The translations under genes and the position numbers were made by a program. A stretch of 64,000 nucleotides of DNA from Antedon mediterranea (lineage: Eukaryota; Animalia; Echinodermata): the NCBI RefSeq assembly GCF_964355755.1, contig NC_092672.1, positions 22,271,237 through 22,335,236 on the forward strand, read 5' to 3'. Below are positions 28,401 to 39,621 of this stretch, one piece after another (positions within the stretch are counted from its first letter, which is position 1; the number at the start of each line of letters is the position of its first letter). A model generated the notes under the pieces. The model did not search any database, was not told the origin of the DNA, and was given only the letters and a program-made list of their open reading frames with translations.

Positions 28401-31400
28401 GTTAAGTAACAAGTGTGTTGCCAGTTTGAGTGTGGTATCTACCAGCTAAGTACTGCTCATGTAAACAGTTCAGCACTATGAACAGAAAACATTAGAAGTA
28501 ACAAGTGTGTTGCCAGTCTGAGTGTGGTATCTACCAGCTAAGTACCGCTCATGTAAACAGTTCAGCACTATGAACAGAAAACATTTTGTTAAGTAACAAG
28601 TGTGTTGCCAGTCTGAGTGTGGTATCTACCAGCTAAGTACCGCTCATGTAAACAGTTCAGCACTATGAACAGAAAACATTTTGTTAAGTAACAAGTGTGT
28701 TGCCAGTCTGAGTGTGGTATCTACCAGCTAAGTACCGCTCACATAAACAGTTCAGCACTATGAACAGACAACATTAAAAGTAACAAGTGTGTTGCCAGTC
28801 TAAGTGTGGTATCTACCAGCTAAGTACTGCTCAAGTGTGTTGCCAATATTTTGTCAAATTTTCTTCAAATTATTCGCTGTTCTACTCTAAAAATGTATTA
28901 CTGAACTATAAATTTTATTTTAAAGTGAGTATTTAATTTGGAAAAATTTGAAGGAAAATGTTGGATTCATCCAAATTGTGGTCTTTGATCTCTAATTAGT
29001 TAGAGGGAGGCAACAGCTAATGGTAAAAAATAGGTGATCATCTGGCTTTAAATTAGATTGAGCTTTTAATTAAAGGAGTCTTTAATAGAAGGAAGACCTG
29101 TATAGTACTAACAACCATTGAAACATGTGTCTACTATTAATTCACTTACCAGCAGGTTCTGAGAGAGGATTAATCAAAACAAGATCATCTGTATTGATCC
29201 AATCTGTTTGAGTACACAGCACTGGATAGCCAGCATGACCACGTATCACAACCTCCTAGACAATGAAGTTACAAGCAATATTTAAAATACATTATATAGA
29301 ATACTTAGTAGCAAGGTTGGGTTGTTGACATAGATGGTATGCTTCCCTCCCCTCCTTACCTCACAATTATATTTTGTGTCTATAATCTTGCCATCACTAA
29401 AACATGAATCAACACATGCTGGAACCCAAACCTCTTACCTGGCCATTAGATTTAGTGACTATAATCTTGCCATCACTAAAACATGAATCAACACACGCTG
29501 GAACCCAAACCTCTTACCTGGCCATTAGATTTAGTGACTATAATCTTGCCATCACTAAAACATGAATCAACACATGCTGGAACCCAAACCTCTTACCTGG
29601 CCATTAGATTTAGTGACTATAATCTTGCCATCACTAAAACATGAATTAACACATGCTGGAACCCAAACCTCTTACCTGGCCATTCGATTTAGTGACTGTA
29701 ATCTTGCCATCACTAAAACATGAATTAACACATGCTCGAACCCAAACCTCTTACCTGGCCATTAGATTTAGTGACTATAATCTTGCCATCACTAAAACAT
29801 GAATTAACACACGCTGAAACCCAAACCTCTTACCTGGCCATTAGATTTAGTGACTGTAATCTTGCCATTACTAAAACATGAATTAACACACACTGGAACC
29901 CAAACCTCTTACCTGGCCATTAGATTTAGTGACTGTAATCTTGCCATCACTAAAACATGAATTGACATATGCTCGAACCCAAACCTCTTTTTCATCATGT
30001 ATCCACACCATTAACCCCTGAAAGTACAGTAAACAGTTCATTATTCAATTCAATCAACTTTAATTATCCACAATCTGATTCTTTTGGTTGTGGCAGACTC
30101 ACAAATGTAAACAAACATTTAAAACAAATGTTTAAAATACACATGTATACAAATTATTGCTAAAGAGTAATTTTTGTAAAGTCTAACAGCTTTCAGAATA
30201 AATTATTTTCTGTAGCGCTCAGTACATGTCTTTCTGAAGAATTCACTTGGAGCTTTGAGGATTAATTAATATGTATTGAAAAGAGGATGTGTTTCATTTT
30301 GAAGGATCTAATAGTAATTATTCTGTATATAATTCTTTATGTTAAAACCATTCATGAATACGTACATGTGCGATGTTTCAACTTGTTTTTAACAAGTCAG
30401 GCAATGACTATTTGTAATAGTCTGTGATTTTCCGAAGTTCTTTGCCTTTTTAGGGGGCGCTAATCTACTGTACAACTAGCAAAGCTACAGTACTCCTAGC
30501 AACTACTAACATCTAGTCAGTTGCCAGATGAAGACTTTTTAAAAACAAGTTGAAACGTTGCACATATGTACGTATTATTTTTAAACAATCTACTGACTTA
30601 AAGAAGGGCTAGACAGATGGAATTAGTAAATTAACCAGCCAATGTGTGGGTAACCATTTCATTCCATGTTTTAATACCCTAATGAATAACTGTGACAAGT
30701 GTCAGAATGTTCACTTCAGGTCTACTAAAAGTAGGCCTACTATGCATGACAGAGAGAATATCAACAGCATTTTCCTTTACCTTTTTAAAACGACATGCTG
30801 GTTTCTTTTTAACTTGGGGTGGAAAGCATCTAGGCCTAGATTTAGTAATAATCTGAAAAAAATAGCGAAATTCAAAATTTTTACAAACAAATTTTTATGA
30901 ACATATAACCACTTGTGACCTAGCCTAGCTAGGAATTTAAATGGTTAGCAGAAAAGTGTAGTCGGTCTGATTTGATTTGAATTGATTAGAAAATCATCAT
31001 AAAAAATACATACAAAAGAAAGTGATAACATAAATTACTGACATTACAAATAATACAATTATAAAAGATTTTGCAGGATAGCTCAAAAAGCTTAGGCCTA
31101 AATAAACATTCATCCCTTTAGTACCAAACAAATATTGACCAGAACCAGCAATCAGCAACGCTCCATACCGAACACCCGATTTTATCGGAACCAAAATAAA
31201 ACGTTATCGATTTTACCATTATATCAAACATAAAACTACCGCATTGGGCCCTGCGCTAATATGATCGGGCCCAGCAAATGAGACGATAGAGACCAAACTG
31301 GTTCCTAACACATGAGACGATCGGGCCAACGCATGAGACGATTGGGACCACGTTTTCTGGGCCCAAGACGATCGGGCAGCAAATAAAAACAATTTACTGT

Positions 31401-34400
31401 GATAACCGACCTAGACTTAGGTTAGGCCTAATATAGTAATAATACGATTTTGATCCAAGTCGGCCCTAAACCGTCTCGGGCAAAGTCAAGTCGGCCCCAA
31501 GTCAAGTCGGCCCGTAGTCAAGTCGGCCCCAAGTCAACTCGGCCTCAAGTCAACTCGGCCAAAAAATAATCGGTCAACTCGGCCCCATTAAAGTATGGAA
31601 CGCAAAAAGTGCAAATGAAGGGGATTGATAAAATAATATTTCTTCAAAATTGTTTAACTATGAATAATTCTGACTTTTAATGAATATTAATATTTAGACA
31701 ATAATATATTTAGCAAAAAAAATAGGAATGATTTCACCAACTTTCCTTTATTTACGTTTAATAAAATTTCAAATTGCACAATTGAAAACAATTTGTAGCT
31801 GCGCCTCCCTGCGCGTTTGGCAGCTTTTTCGATATCTACAACTGCTATGTGTTTTCGCTGACCGGGGGATTCCCCTTTTTTAAAAACGCAAAGCATGGAC
31901 AAAAACGATGTACGATCATTTTTTCTATGGCCAAATGTGATGAAACGTAGGCCTCCGTCCGTAACACGCGGGTACTTCTATTCATATCGGCAATGAGTTA
32001 ATTTTTTTATATGATATTATTTAATTATATTATATTTTTTATTTCTTCATTTTTTAGAGTGGATAGGCCTAAGCCTAGTAATAATCAAAATAACATTAAG
32101 TACTTTTTGCGTTCCATATTTTATTGTGGCCGAGTTGACCGATTAGTTTTTGGCCGAGTTGACGTGAGGCCGAGTTGACTTGAGGCCGAGTTGACTTGGG
32201 GCCGACTTGACGTGGGGCCAACTTGACTTTGGCCGAGACGGTTGGGGCCGACTTGACCTGCACCCAATAATACCCTACCCAGGCCTACCTACCTAGCCTA
32301 GCTAGGCCTAGAGGCTACTCTAGGGCCAGGCTATAGTAGTATATAGGGCGCTACTGCAGTTTCGCACCACACCGTTATATCTTTGATTTCTCACCAAAAC
32401 TTTCCTTTTTCAAACTCACAACATAATATTATGCAACATGTTTATACGATGCGACCACTTACGAAGTAATTTTTTTTAAATAACAATACTTTTCAAACAT
32501 TTTAAACCATACTGAACTCGGAAGAGTCTAAATGTCATCCGTCAGGGCACCTATTTATTTTACGCATGCGCACTTAATTCCTTGGATAGATGGACCGCAA
32601 TTCATAGATCGTATTTTACCATTTGCACAATTATTCGATTATTACAGTGTAAGTGCAACGCGATGGTGAAAGTTGTTCTCGTTTTACCTTTGTAATTTTC
32701 ATGCAATTCCACTACAAAACCATGAATCATAATTTTAGCGTACTGTTGCAAAATTTTAATCTTCGAATAATCATAATTTGCTTATATTTAGTAATTTTAT
32801 TGCGTCACGGCACCTAGTTAGCTCAGTGCTGAGTTAGCTACATGCACTGAGTTACCATACGTTGTTCGGTTCGATATGAACGAAGGTCTGAATTCACTAT
32901 GAATCTGGTAGTGCCCTGACGGATGATAAGTATTAATTGTCATCCGTCAGGGCACCTATATAGTTAACATACACGTTGTTTTCCGTTAACATACACGTTG
33001 TTAATTCACTCTGTGTAACTGGTAGTGCCCTGACGAATGATAAGTATTAATTGTCAACCGTCAGGGCACCTAAATAGTTAACATACACGTTGTTAATTCA
33101 CTGTGTAAGGTAGTGCCCTCCCGGATGATAAGTATTAATTGTCATCCGTCAGGGCACCTAAATAGTTAACATACACGTTGTTAATTCACTGTGTAACGTA
33201 GTGCCCTGACGGATGATAAGTATTAATTGTCATCCGTCAGGGCACCTATATAGTTAACATACACGTTGTTAATTCACTGTGTAACGTAGTGCCCCTGACG
33301 GATGATAGGTATTAATTGTAATCCGTCAGTTACCATACGTTGTTCGGTTCGATATGAACGAAGGTCTGAATTCATTATGAATCTGGTAGTGCCCTGACGG
33401 ATGATAAGTATTAATTGTCATCCGTCAGGGCACCTAAATAGTTAACATACACGTTATTAATTCACTCTGTGTAACTGGTAGTGCCCTGACGGATGATAAG
33501 TATTAATTGTCATCCGTCAGGGCACCTAAATAGTTAACATACACGTTGTTAATTCACTGTGTAACGTAGTGCCCTGACGGATGATAAGTATTAATTGTCA
33601 TCCGTCAGGGCACCTATATAGTTAACATACACGTTGTTAATTCACTCTGTGTAACTGGTAGTGCCCTGACGGATGATAAGTATTAATTGTCATCCGTCAG
33701 GGCACCTAAATAGTTAACATACACGTTGTTAATTCACTGTGTAACGTAGTGCCCTGACGGATGATAAGTATTAATTGTCATCCGTCAGGGCACCTAAATA
33801 GTTAACATACACGTTGTTAATTCACTATGAATCTGGTAGTGCCCTCGACGGATGATAAGTATTAATTGTCATCCGTCAGGGCACCTAAATAGTTAACATA
33901 CACGTTGCTAATTCACTGTGTGTAACTGGTAGTGCCCTGACGGATGATATAAGTATTAGGCCTAATTGTCATCCGTCAGGGCACCTAAATAGTTAACATA
34001 CACGTTGCTAATTCACTGTGTGTAACTGGTAGTGCCCTGACGGATGATATAAGTATTAGGCCTAATTGTCATCCGTCAGGGCACCTAAATAGTTAACATA
34101 CACGTTGCTAATTCACTGTGTGTAACTGGTAGTGCCCTGACGGATGATATAAGTATTAGGCCTAATTGTCATCCGTCAGGGCACCTAAATAGTTAACATA
34201 CACGTTGCTAATTCACTGTGTGTAACTGGTAGTGCCCTGACGGATGATATAAGTATTAGGCCTAATTGTCATCCGTCAGGGCACCTAAATAGTTAACATA
34301 CACGTTGCTAATTCACTGTGTGTAACTGGTAGTGCCCTGACGGATGATTTCCATAAGTATTAGGCCTAATTGTCATCCGTCAGGGCACCTAAATAGTTAA

Positions 34401-37400
34401 CATACACGTTGTTAATTCACTGTGTAACGTAGTGCCCCTGACGGATGATAGGTATTAATTGTAATCCGTCAGTTACCATACGTTGTTCGGTTCGATATGA
34501 ACGAAGGTCTGAATTCATTATGAATCTGGTAGTGCCCTGACGGATGATAAGTATTAATTGTCATCCGTCAGGGCACCTAAATAGTTAACATACACGTTAT
34601 TAATTCACTCTGTGTAACTGGTAGTGCCCTGACGGATGATAAGTATTAATTGTCATCCGTCAGGGCACCTAAATAGTTAACATACACGTTGTTAATTCAC
34701 TGTGTAACGTAGTGCCCTGACGGATGATAAGTATTAATTGTCATCCGTCAGGGCACCTATATAGTTAACATACACGTTGTTAATTCACTCTGTGTAACTG
34801 GTAGTGCCCTGACGGATGATAAGTATTAATTGTCATCCGTCAGGGCACCTAAATAGTTAACATACACGTTGTTAATTCACTGTGTAACGTAGTGCCCTGA
34901 CGGATGATAAGTATTAATTGTCATCCGTCAGGGCACCTAAATAGTTAACATACACGTTGTTAATTCACTATGAATCTGGTAGTGCCCTCGACGGATGATA
35001 AGTATTAATTGTCATCCGTCAGGGCACCTAAATAGTTAACATACACGTTGCTAATTCACTGTGTGTAACTGGTAGTGCCCTGACGGATGATATAAGTATT
35101 AGGCCTAATTGTCATCCGTCAGGGCACCTAAATAGTTAACATACACGTTGCTAATTCACTGTGTGTAACTGGTAGTGCCCTGACGGATGATATAAGTATT
35201 AGGCCTAATTGTCATCCGTCAGGGCACCTAAATAGTTAACATACACGTTGCTAATTCACTGTGTGTAACTGGTAGTGCCCTGACGGATGATATAAGTATT
35301 AGGCCTAATTGTCATCCGTCAGGGCACCTAAATAGTTAACATACACGTTGCTAATTCACTGTGTGTAACTGGTAGTGCCCTGACGGATGATATAAGTATT
35401 AGGCCTAATTGTCATCCGTCAGGGCACCTAAATAGTTAACATACACGTTGCTAATTCACTGTGTGTAACTGGTAGTGCCCTGACGGATGATTTCCATAAG
35501 TATTAGGCCTAATTGTCATCCGTCAGGGCACCTAAATAGTTAACATACACGTTGTTAATTCACTGTGTAACGTAGTGCCCTGACGGATGATAAGTATTAA
35601 TTGTCATCCGTCAGGGCACCTAAATAGTTAACATACACGTTGTTAATTCACTATGAATCTGGTAGTGCCCTGACGGATGATAAGTATTAATTGTCATCCG
35701 TCAGGGCACCTAAATAGTTAACATACACGTTGTTAATTCACTATGAATCTGGTAGTGCCCTGACGGATGATAAGTATTAATTGTCATCCGTCAGGGCACC
35801 TAAATAGTTAACATACACGTTGCTAATTCACTGTGTGTAACTGGTAGTGCCCTGACGGATGATATAAGTATTAGGCCTAATTGTCATCCGTCAGGGCACC
35901 TAAATAGTTAACATACACGTTGCTAATTACTACGTTACACAGTGAATTAACAACGTGTATGTTAACTATTTAGGTGCCCTGACGGATGACAATTAATACT
36001 TATCATCCGTCAGGGCACTACCAGTTACACAGAGTGAATTAATAACGTGTATGTTAACTATATAGGTGCCCTGACGGATGACAATTAATACTTATCATCC
36101 GTCAGGGCACTACGTTACACAGTGAATTAACAACGTGTATGTTAACTATATACAGTAGGTGCCCTGGCGGATGACAATTAATACCTATCATCCGTCAGGG
36201 CACTAACAGTTTCACAGAGTGAATTAATAACGTGTATGCTAACTATATATGTGCCCTGACGGATGGCAATTAATCCTTATCATCCGTCAGGGCACTACCA
36301 GTTAGGCCTATACAGTGAATTAACAACATGATATGTTAACTTTATAGGTGCCCTGACGGATGACAATTAATACTTATCATCCGTCAGGGCACTACGTTAC
36401 ACAGTGAATTAACAACGTGTATGTTAACTATTTAGGTGCCCTGACGGATGACAATTAATACTTTTCATCCGTCAGGGCACTAACAGTTTCACAGTGAATT
36501 AGCAATGTGTATGGTAACTATATAAGGTGCCCTGACGGATTACAATTAATACCTATCATCCGTCAGGGGCACTACGTTACACAGTGAATTAACAACGTGT
36601 ATGTTAACTATATAGGTGCCCTGACGGATGACAATTAATACTTATCATCCGTCAGGGCACTACGTTACACAGTGAATTAACAACGTGTATGTTAACTATT
36701 TAGGTGCCCTGACGGATGACAATTAATACTTATCATCCGTCAGGGCACTACGTTACACAGTGAATTAACAACGTGTATGTTAACTATTTAGGTGCCCTGA
36801 CGGATGACAATTAATACTTATCATCCGTCAGGGCACTACCAGTTACACAGAGTGAATTAATAACGTGTATGTTAACTATATAGGTGCCCTGACGGATGAC
36901 AATTAATACTTATCATCCGTCAGGGCACTACCAGTTAGGCCTACACAGTGAATTAACAACATGATATGTTAACTTTATAGGTGCCCTGCCTGACGGATGA
37001 CAATTAATACTTATCATCCGTCAGGGCACTACGTTACACAGTGAATTAACAACGTGTATGTTAACTATATAGGTGCCCTGACGGATGACAATTAATACTT
37101 TTCATCCGTCAGGGCACTACCAGTTTCACAGTGAATTAGCAACGTGTATGTTAACTATATAGGTGCCCTGACGGGTGACAATTAATACTTATCATCCGTC
37201 AGGGCACTACCAGTTACACAGAGTGAATTAATAACGTGTATGTTAACTATTTAGGTGCCCTGACGGATGACAATTAATACTTATCATCCGTCAGGGCACT
37301 ACCAGATTCTTAGTGAATTAACAACGTGTATGTTAACTATTTAGGTGCCCTGACGGATGACAATTAATACTTATCATCCGTCAGGGCACTACGTTACACA

Positions 37401-38707
37401 GTGAATTAACAACGTGTATGTTAACTATTTAGGTGCCCTGACGGATGACAATTAATACTTTTCATCCGTCAGGGCACTACCAGTTTCACAGTGAATTAGC
37501 AACGTGTATGTTATAATAACTATTATAGGTGCCCTGACGGATGACAATTAATACTTATCATTCGTCAGGGCACTACCAGTTACACAGAGTGAATTAACAA
37601 CGTGTATGTTAACGGAAAACAACGTGTATGTTAACTATATAGGTGCCCTGACGGATGACAATTAATACTTATCATCCGTCAGGGCACTACCAGATTCATA
37701 GTGAATTCAGACCTTCGTTCATATCGATATCCGAACAACGTATGCTAACTCAGTGCATGTAGCTAACTCAGGACTGAGCTAACTAGGTGCCGTGACGCAA
37801 TAAAATATAAGCAAATTATGATTATCCGAAGATTAAAATTTTGCAACAGACGCTAAAAGTATGATTCATGGTTTTGTAGTGGAATTGCATGAACATTACA
37901 AAGGTAAAACGAGAACAACTTTCACCATCGCGTTGCACTTACACTGTAATACTAACAGTAATCGAATAATTGTGCAAATGGTAAAATACGATCTATGAAT
38001 TGCGGTCCATCTATCCAAGGAATTAAGTGCGCATGCGTAAAATATATAGGTGCCCTGACGGATGACATTTAGACTCTTCCACTGAACTCGCTGTCAACAC
38101 ACTGCGAAATGTTCGCCATCTTATTATATTTATCACTTAATTGCCAGAATGTATGCTTCATTTTCCCCAAAAAAATGTAGAAACTATAGAAGGCAGTGTT
38201 ATAAAATACGATTACACAATATATATATGCTTATTTAGTTTTGAAAGGCAAGAATGTTTTCAGCTGGCGAAATAGAGGTTAAATTAATATTTTCTGATTC
38301 TAAAATGGCCACAGTTCGATCAAAGTATTCGCGGAAAAAGAGCGGTTTTGAAAGGCATTTTTTATTGTGATAAAGGTAATATATCGGTGGCTAAATCATG
38401 GGAACATGTTACAGAATGGCCCAAAACTGTATGATGTGGGTGTGAGAAAAAAAATTAAGCGAGAAGTCGAAGATATAACAGTGTGGTGCGAAACTGCAGT
38501 GGCGCCGTATATAGGCCTAGCCTAGCCTAACTGGGGCCTACTAGGCCTAGCTAGGCCTAGATTTATTGGACCTGACCTGCATTATCCTACATAATTGCCT
38601 GTACCTAGCCTAGCTAGGCGCCGCCTAGTAATTGCATTAATTTAGTAACTTACTTTTTTGCCTACTGGAATGTAATTATTGCTTTTTTCCATCAAAATAG
38701 TTGTCAT
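10457..38707 (-). CDS. MYO19: Unconventional myosin XIX, 23 coding exons, ~1100 aa
   Basis: Phase-consistent exons in transcript order: 38707-38654, 30852-30781, 30017-29913, 29255-29150, 28380-28241, 26637-26524, 26173-26113, 25957-25904, 25096-25027, 24864-24762, 24148-23951, 22943-22856, 20430-20244, 19763-19574, 19214-19104, 18423-18247, 17325-17233, 16823-16770, 16267-16089, 13333-13144, 12413-12287, 11639-11497, 11143-10457. P-loop GESGSGKT, switch [10 protein letters not shown], switch [37 protein letters not shown] motif [11 protein letters not shown]. Class-XIX-like segments (recalled from vertebrate MYO19): [46 protein letters not shown]. The first two exons and the last exon are least certain. 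Confidence 0.88.
10820..11000 (-). repeat. Coding tandem repeat in the MYO19 tail ([14 protein letters not shown]-like, ~4 copies)
   Basis: Repeated peptide in ORF 10457-11128 and matching DNA repeat TCTTTACTGGTAAACTTATCTCTTTTGTCTTGATCTTCAAC. Confidence 0.85.
11565..12203 (-). repeat. Tandem array (~110-bp unit) duplicating the 3' splice site and start of the MYO19 IQ exon
   Basis: Five extra copies of ttgatatgttgtag|GTTTTAGAGGCTGGAAGGTGAG... upstream of the native acceptor at 11640. Confidence 0.9.
13374..15003. repeat. Intronic minisatellite, ~77-bp unit, ~21 copies
   Basis: AAACAACACACTGGCAAGTATGTTAGTAGGTGTTCAACATGTACAGTATG... repeated; explains the repetitive ORFs at 13404-14984. Confidence 0.95.
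14995..15250 (-). mobile_element. Dispersed repeat containing a tRNA-like segment (copy 1)
   Basis: Reverse complement aligns with 49125-49352 on both sides of the tRNA-like core. Confidence 0.65.
15104..15176 (-). pseudogene. tRNA-like sequence (pseudo-tRNA or SINE-type head)
   Basis: 73 nt GCCCCAGTGGTCTAATGGTTAGGATATCTGCATATTAAGCAGAAGGTTCCGGGTTTGAATCTCTGTGGGGGCA: A-box-like TGGTCTAATGG, anticodon stem TCTGC/GCAGA, degenerate B-box GGTTTGAATC; imperfect stems argue against a functional tRNA. Confidence 0.6.
15468..16130 (-). repeat. Tandem array (~125-bp unit) duplicating the 3' end and donor of MYO19 exon 16267-16089
   Basis: Repeated ...GGCTTCCCTACCAG|gtcagcttacag... units running into the intron from the native donor at 16088. 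Confidence 0.9.
16985..17205. repeat. Short tandem repeat, ~22-bp unit
   Basis: TACTACA(G/T)TGTTAGTATGGTGT repeated. Confidence 0.9.
20790..22800. repeat. Intronic minisatellite, 49-bp unit, ~41 copies
   Basis: CTTAAAGGTTGCAACTACTTTAAGCTAAACTATAAATACTGTATGCAAT repeated. Confidence 0.97.
23140..23517. repeat. Minisatellite, 77-bp unit, ~5 copies
   Basis: AGTTCACTGATGTTTACTGTCCACATGTGCTGGATTAGTTCAACCAAGGCATCTAAACACATTGCTTTGGTTCAGTT repeated. Confidence 0.92.
23605..24002 (-). repeat. Tandem array (~81-bp unit) duplicating the 3' end and donor of MYO19 exon 24148-23951
   Basis: Four extra copies of ...CAGCAACAAGAATTATTTAAA|gtaagaaac after the native donor at 23950. Confidence 0.9.
26797..27930. 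mobile_element. Non-autonomous TIR DNA transposon with TTAA flanks (Kolobok-like)
   Basis: TTAA|AATGGACCTGAAATGGATTTTCGATTTT ... AAAATCGAAATTCCATTTCAGGTCCATT|TTAA; ~28-bp TIR with purine-purine start; no ORF. Confidence 0.7.
28310..28845 (-). repeat. Tandem array (~90-95-bp unit) duplicating the acceptor and start of MYO19 exon 28380-28241
   Basis: Repeated ctgttcatag|TGCTGAACTGTTTA...GGTAGATACCACACTCAGACTGGCAACAC upstream of the native acceptor at 28381. Confidence 0.9.
29381..29990 (-). repeat. Tandem array (79-bp unit, ~7 copies) duplicating the 3' end and donor of MYO19 exon 30017-29913
   Basis: Repeated GAGGTTTGGGTT...ACTAAATCTAATGGCCAG|gtaag after the native donor at 29912. Confidence 0.9.
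31446..32265. mobile_element. MITE with ~165-bp TIRs built from ~16-bp subrepeats; 8-bp TSD AATAATAC
   Basis: Left arm of repeated AAGTCAA(G/C)TCGGCCCC mirrors right arm of repeated GGCCGA(G/C)TTGACTT; AATAATAC at 31438-31445 and 32266-32273. Confidence 0.75.
32346..38507. mobile_element. TA-flanked MITE (~0.6 kb, ~50-bp TIRs) split by the foldback insertion
   Basis: TA|GGGCGCTACTGCAGTTTCGCACCACACCGTTATATCTTTGATTTCTC ... GAGAAGTCGAAGATATAACAGTGTGGTGCGAAACTGCAGTGGCGCCG|TA. Confidence 0.75.
32520..38080. mobile_element. Foldback-type non-autonomous DNA transposon (Mutator/FB-like), 5.56 kb, 9-bp TSD ACTGAACTC
   Basis: Termini GGAAGAGTCTAAATGTCATCCGTCAGGGCACC and its exact reverse complement ending at 38080; TSD at 32511-32519 and 38081-38089; ~390-bp mirrored unique arms, then tandem ~88-100-bp units that flip orientation at ~35928; no ORF of 60 aa or more in the track. 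Confidence 0.9.
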
Positions 38708-38754
38708 TTTGATAGGCGCGCCTCCTCTCACTTCCCCTGAACAGTTTTTTTCAA

Positions 38755-39620
38755 TAACACCAAAGAATATATTATATCACAAGAATGAGTAATCCGCGAT
38801 TTTCCCTGTAACAGTAATATTGTCCATGTGGTAGGGCGCCGCCATAAGTGTGGATGTATCTGGGATGTATACAACTTTTTGTGAAGGTTTCACTAATCAA
38901 AGGCTGGACCACCGGAGTATTTTCCGATGATAAAAATGTTATCAACTACATGCCAACATCATGTTAAATACTATTTGGATATTTAATTGTTCGTTTTATG
39001 CAATTTATTTAGTAAAAACTGCCGTATAAACAGTTTGCTTTATCAACCGGGCGCTACGATAGCGTGACCGGGCGTGTTGGTGTTTACGCGTTTTCACGAA
39101 GGATAGTTTAATAATATTCCTATATTTAACTTGTTTCTGGTAAAACAAATAAATGTTAATGACATTCAACATTTTCTCCTATTAATAACATGTGTTTTAT
39201 ACTAATTTATATCATAAAAACAATACTTAATTTACCGGGCGTACAGTAGTACACGGCAATGGTAAAGAATATGCCGTGCTGAGTAATATTCGTTGATTTT
39301 TGGTGTTGCTGTGTTAGGCCTTTTTTGTGAACTAACTTAGCATGTTAGTAAATAATTGTCTGTAAAAGTGAATAAACACTAGTTTGTTAATAAATATGTA
39401 TTATAAAATAGTTTACAATTGCAAAAACTATCATCATAATTCTATTTAATGCGACATGTATCATGTCTATTAAATCAAGTCTTATTTAGTATGTATACAT
39501 CCGCCCTTATGAGGGCGGGCATCATTCACTGGAGCTCTCTGTTACAAGTTTCTCATGCAAAAATCGCGGAATACTCATTCTTGTGATATATATTCTTTGA
39601 TAACACCGCCGCGCGCCACC
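38755..39620. mobile_element. Degenerate MITE-like inverted-repeat element just upstream of the MYO19 start
   Basis: CAAAGAATATATTATATCACAAGAATGAGTAATCCGCGATTTT (38761) is mirrored by AAAATCGCGGAATACTCATTCTTGTGATATATATTCTTTG (~39560-39599); weaker inner inverted match at ~38835 and ~39500. Confidence 0.55.
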
Positions 39621-39621
39621 T

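Noticed and set aside
32900-37700. CRISPR-like array of regularly spaced palindromic repeats
   Set aside because: The spacers are themselves near-identical repeats, there are no cas genes, the context is a eukaryotic intron, and TIRs plus a TSD explain it as a foldback element.
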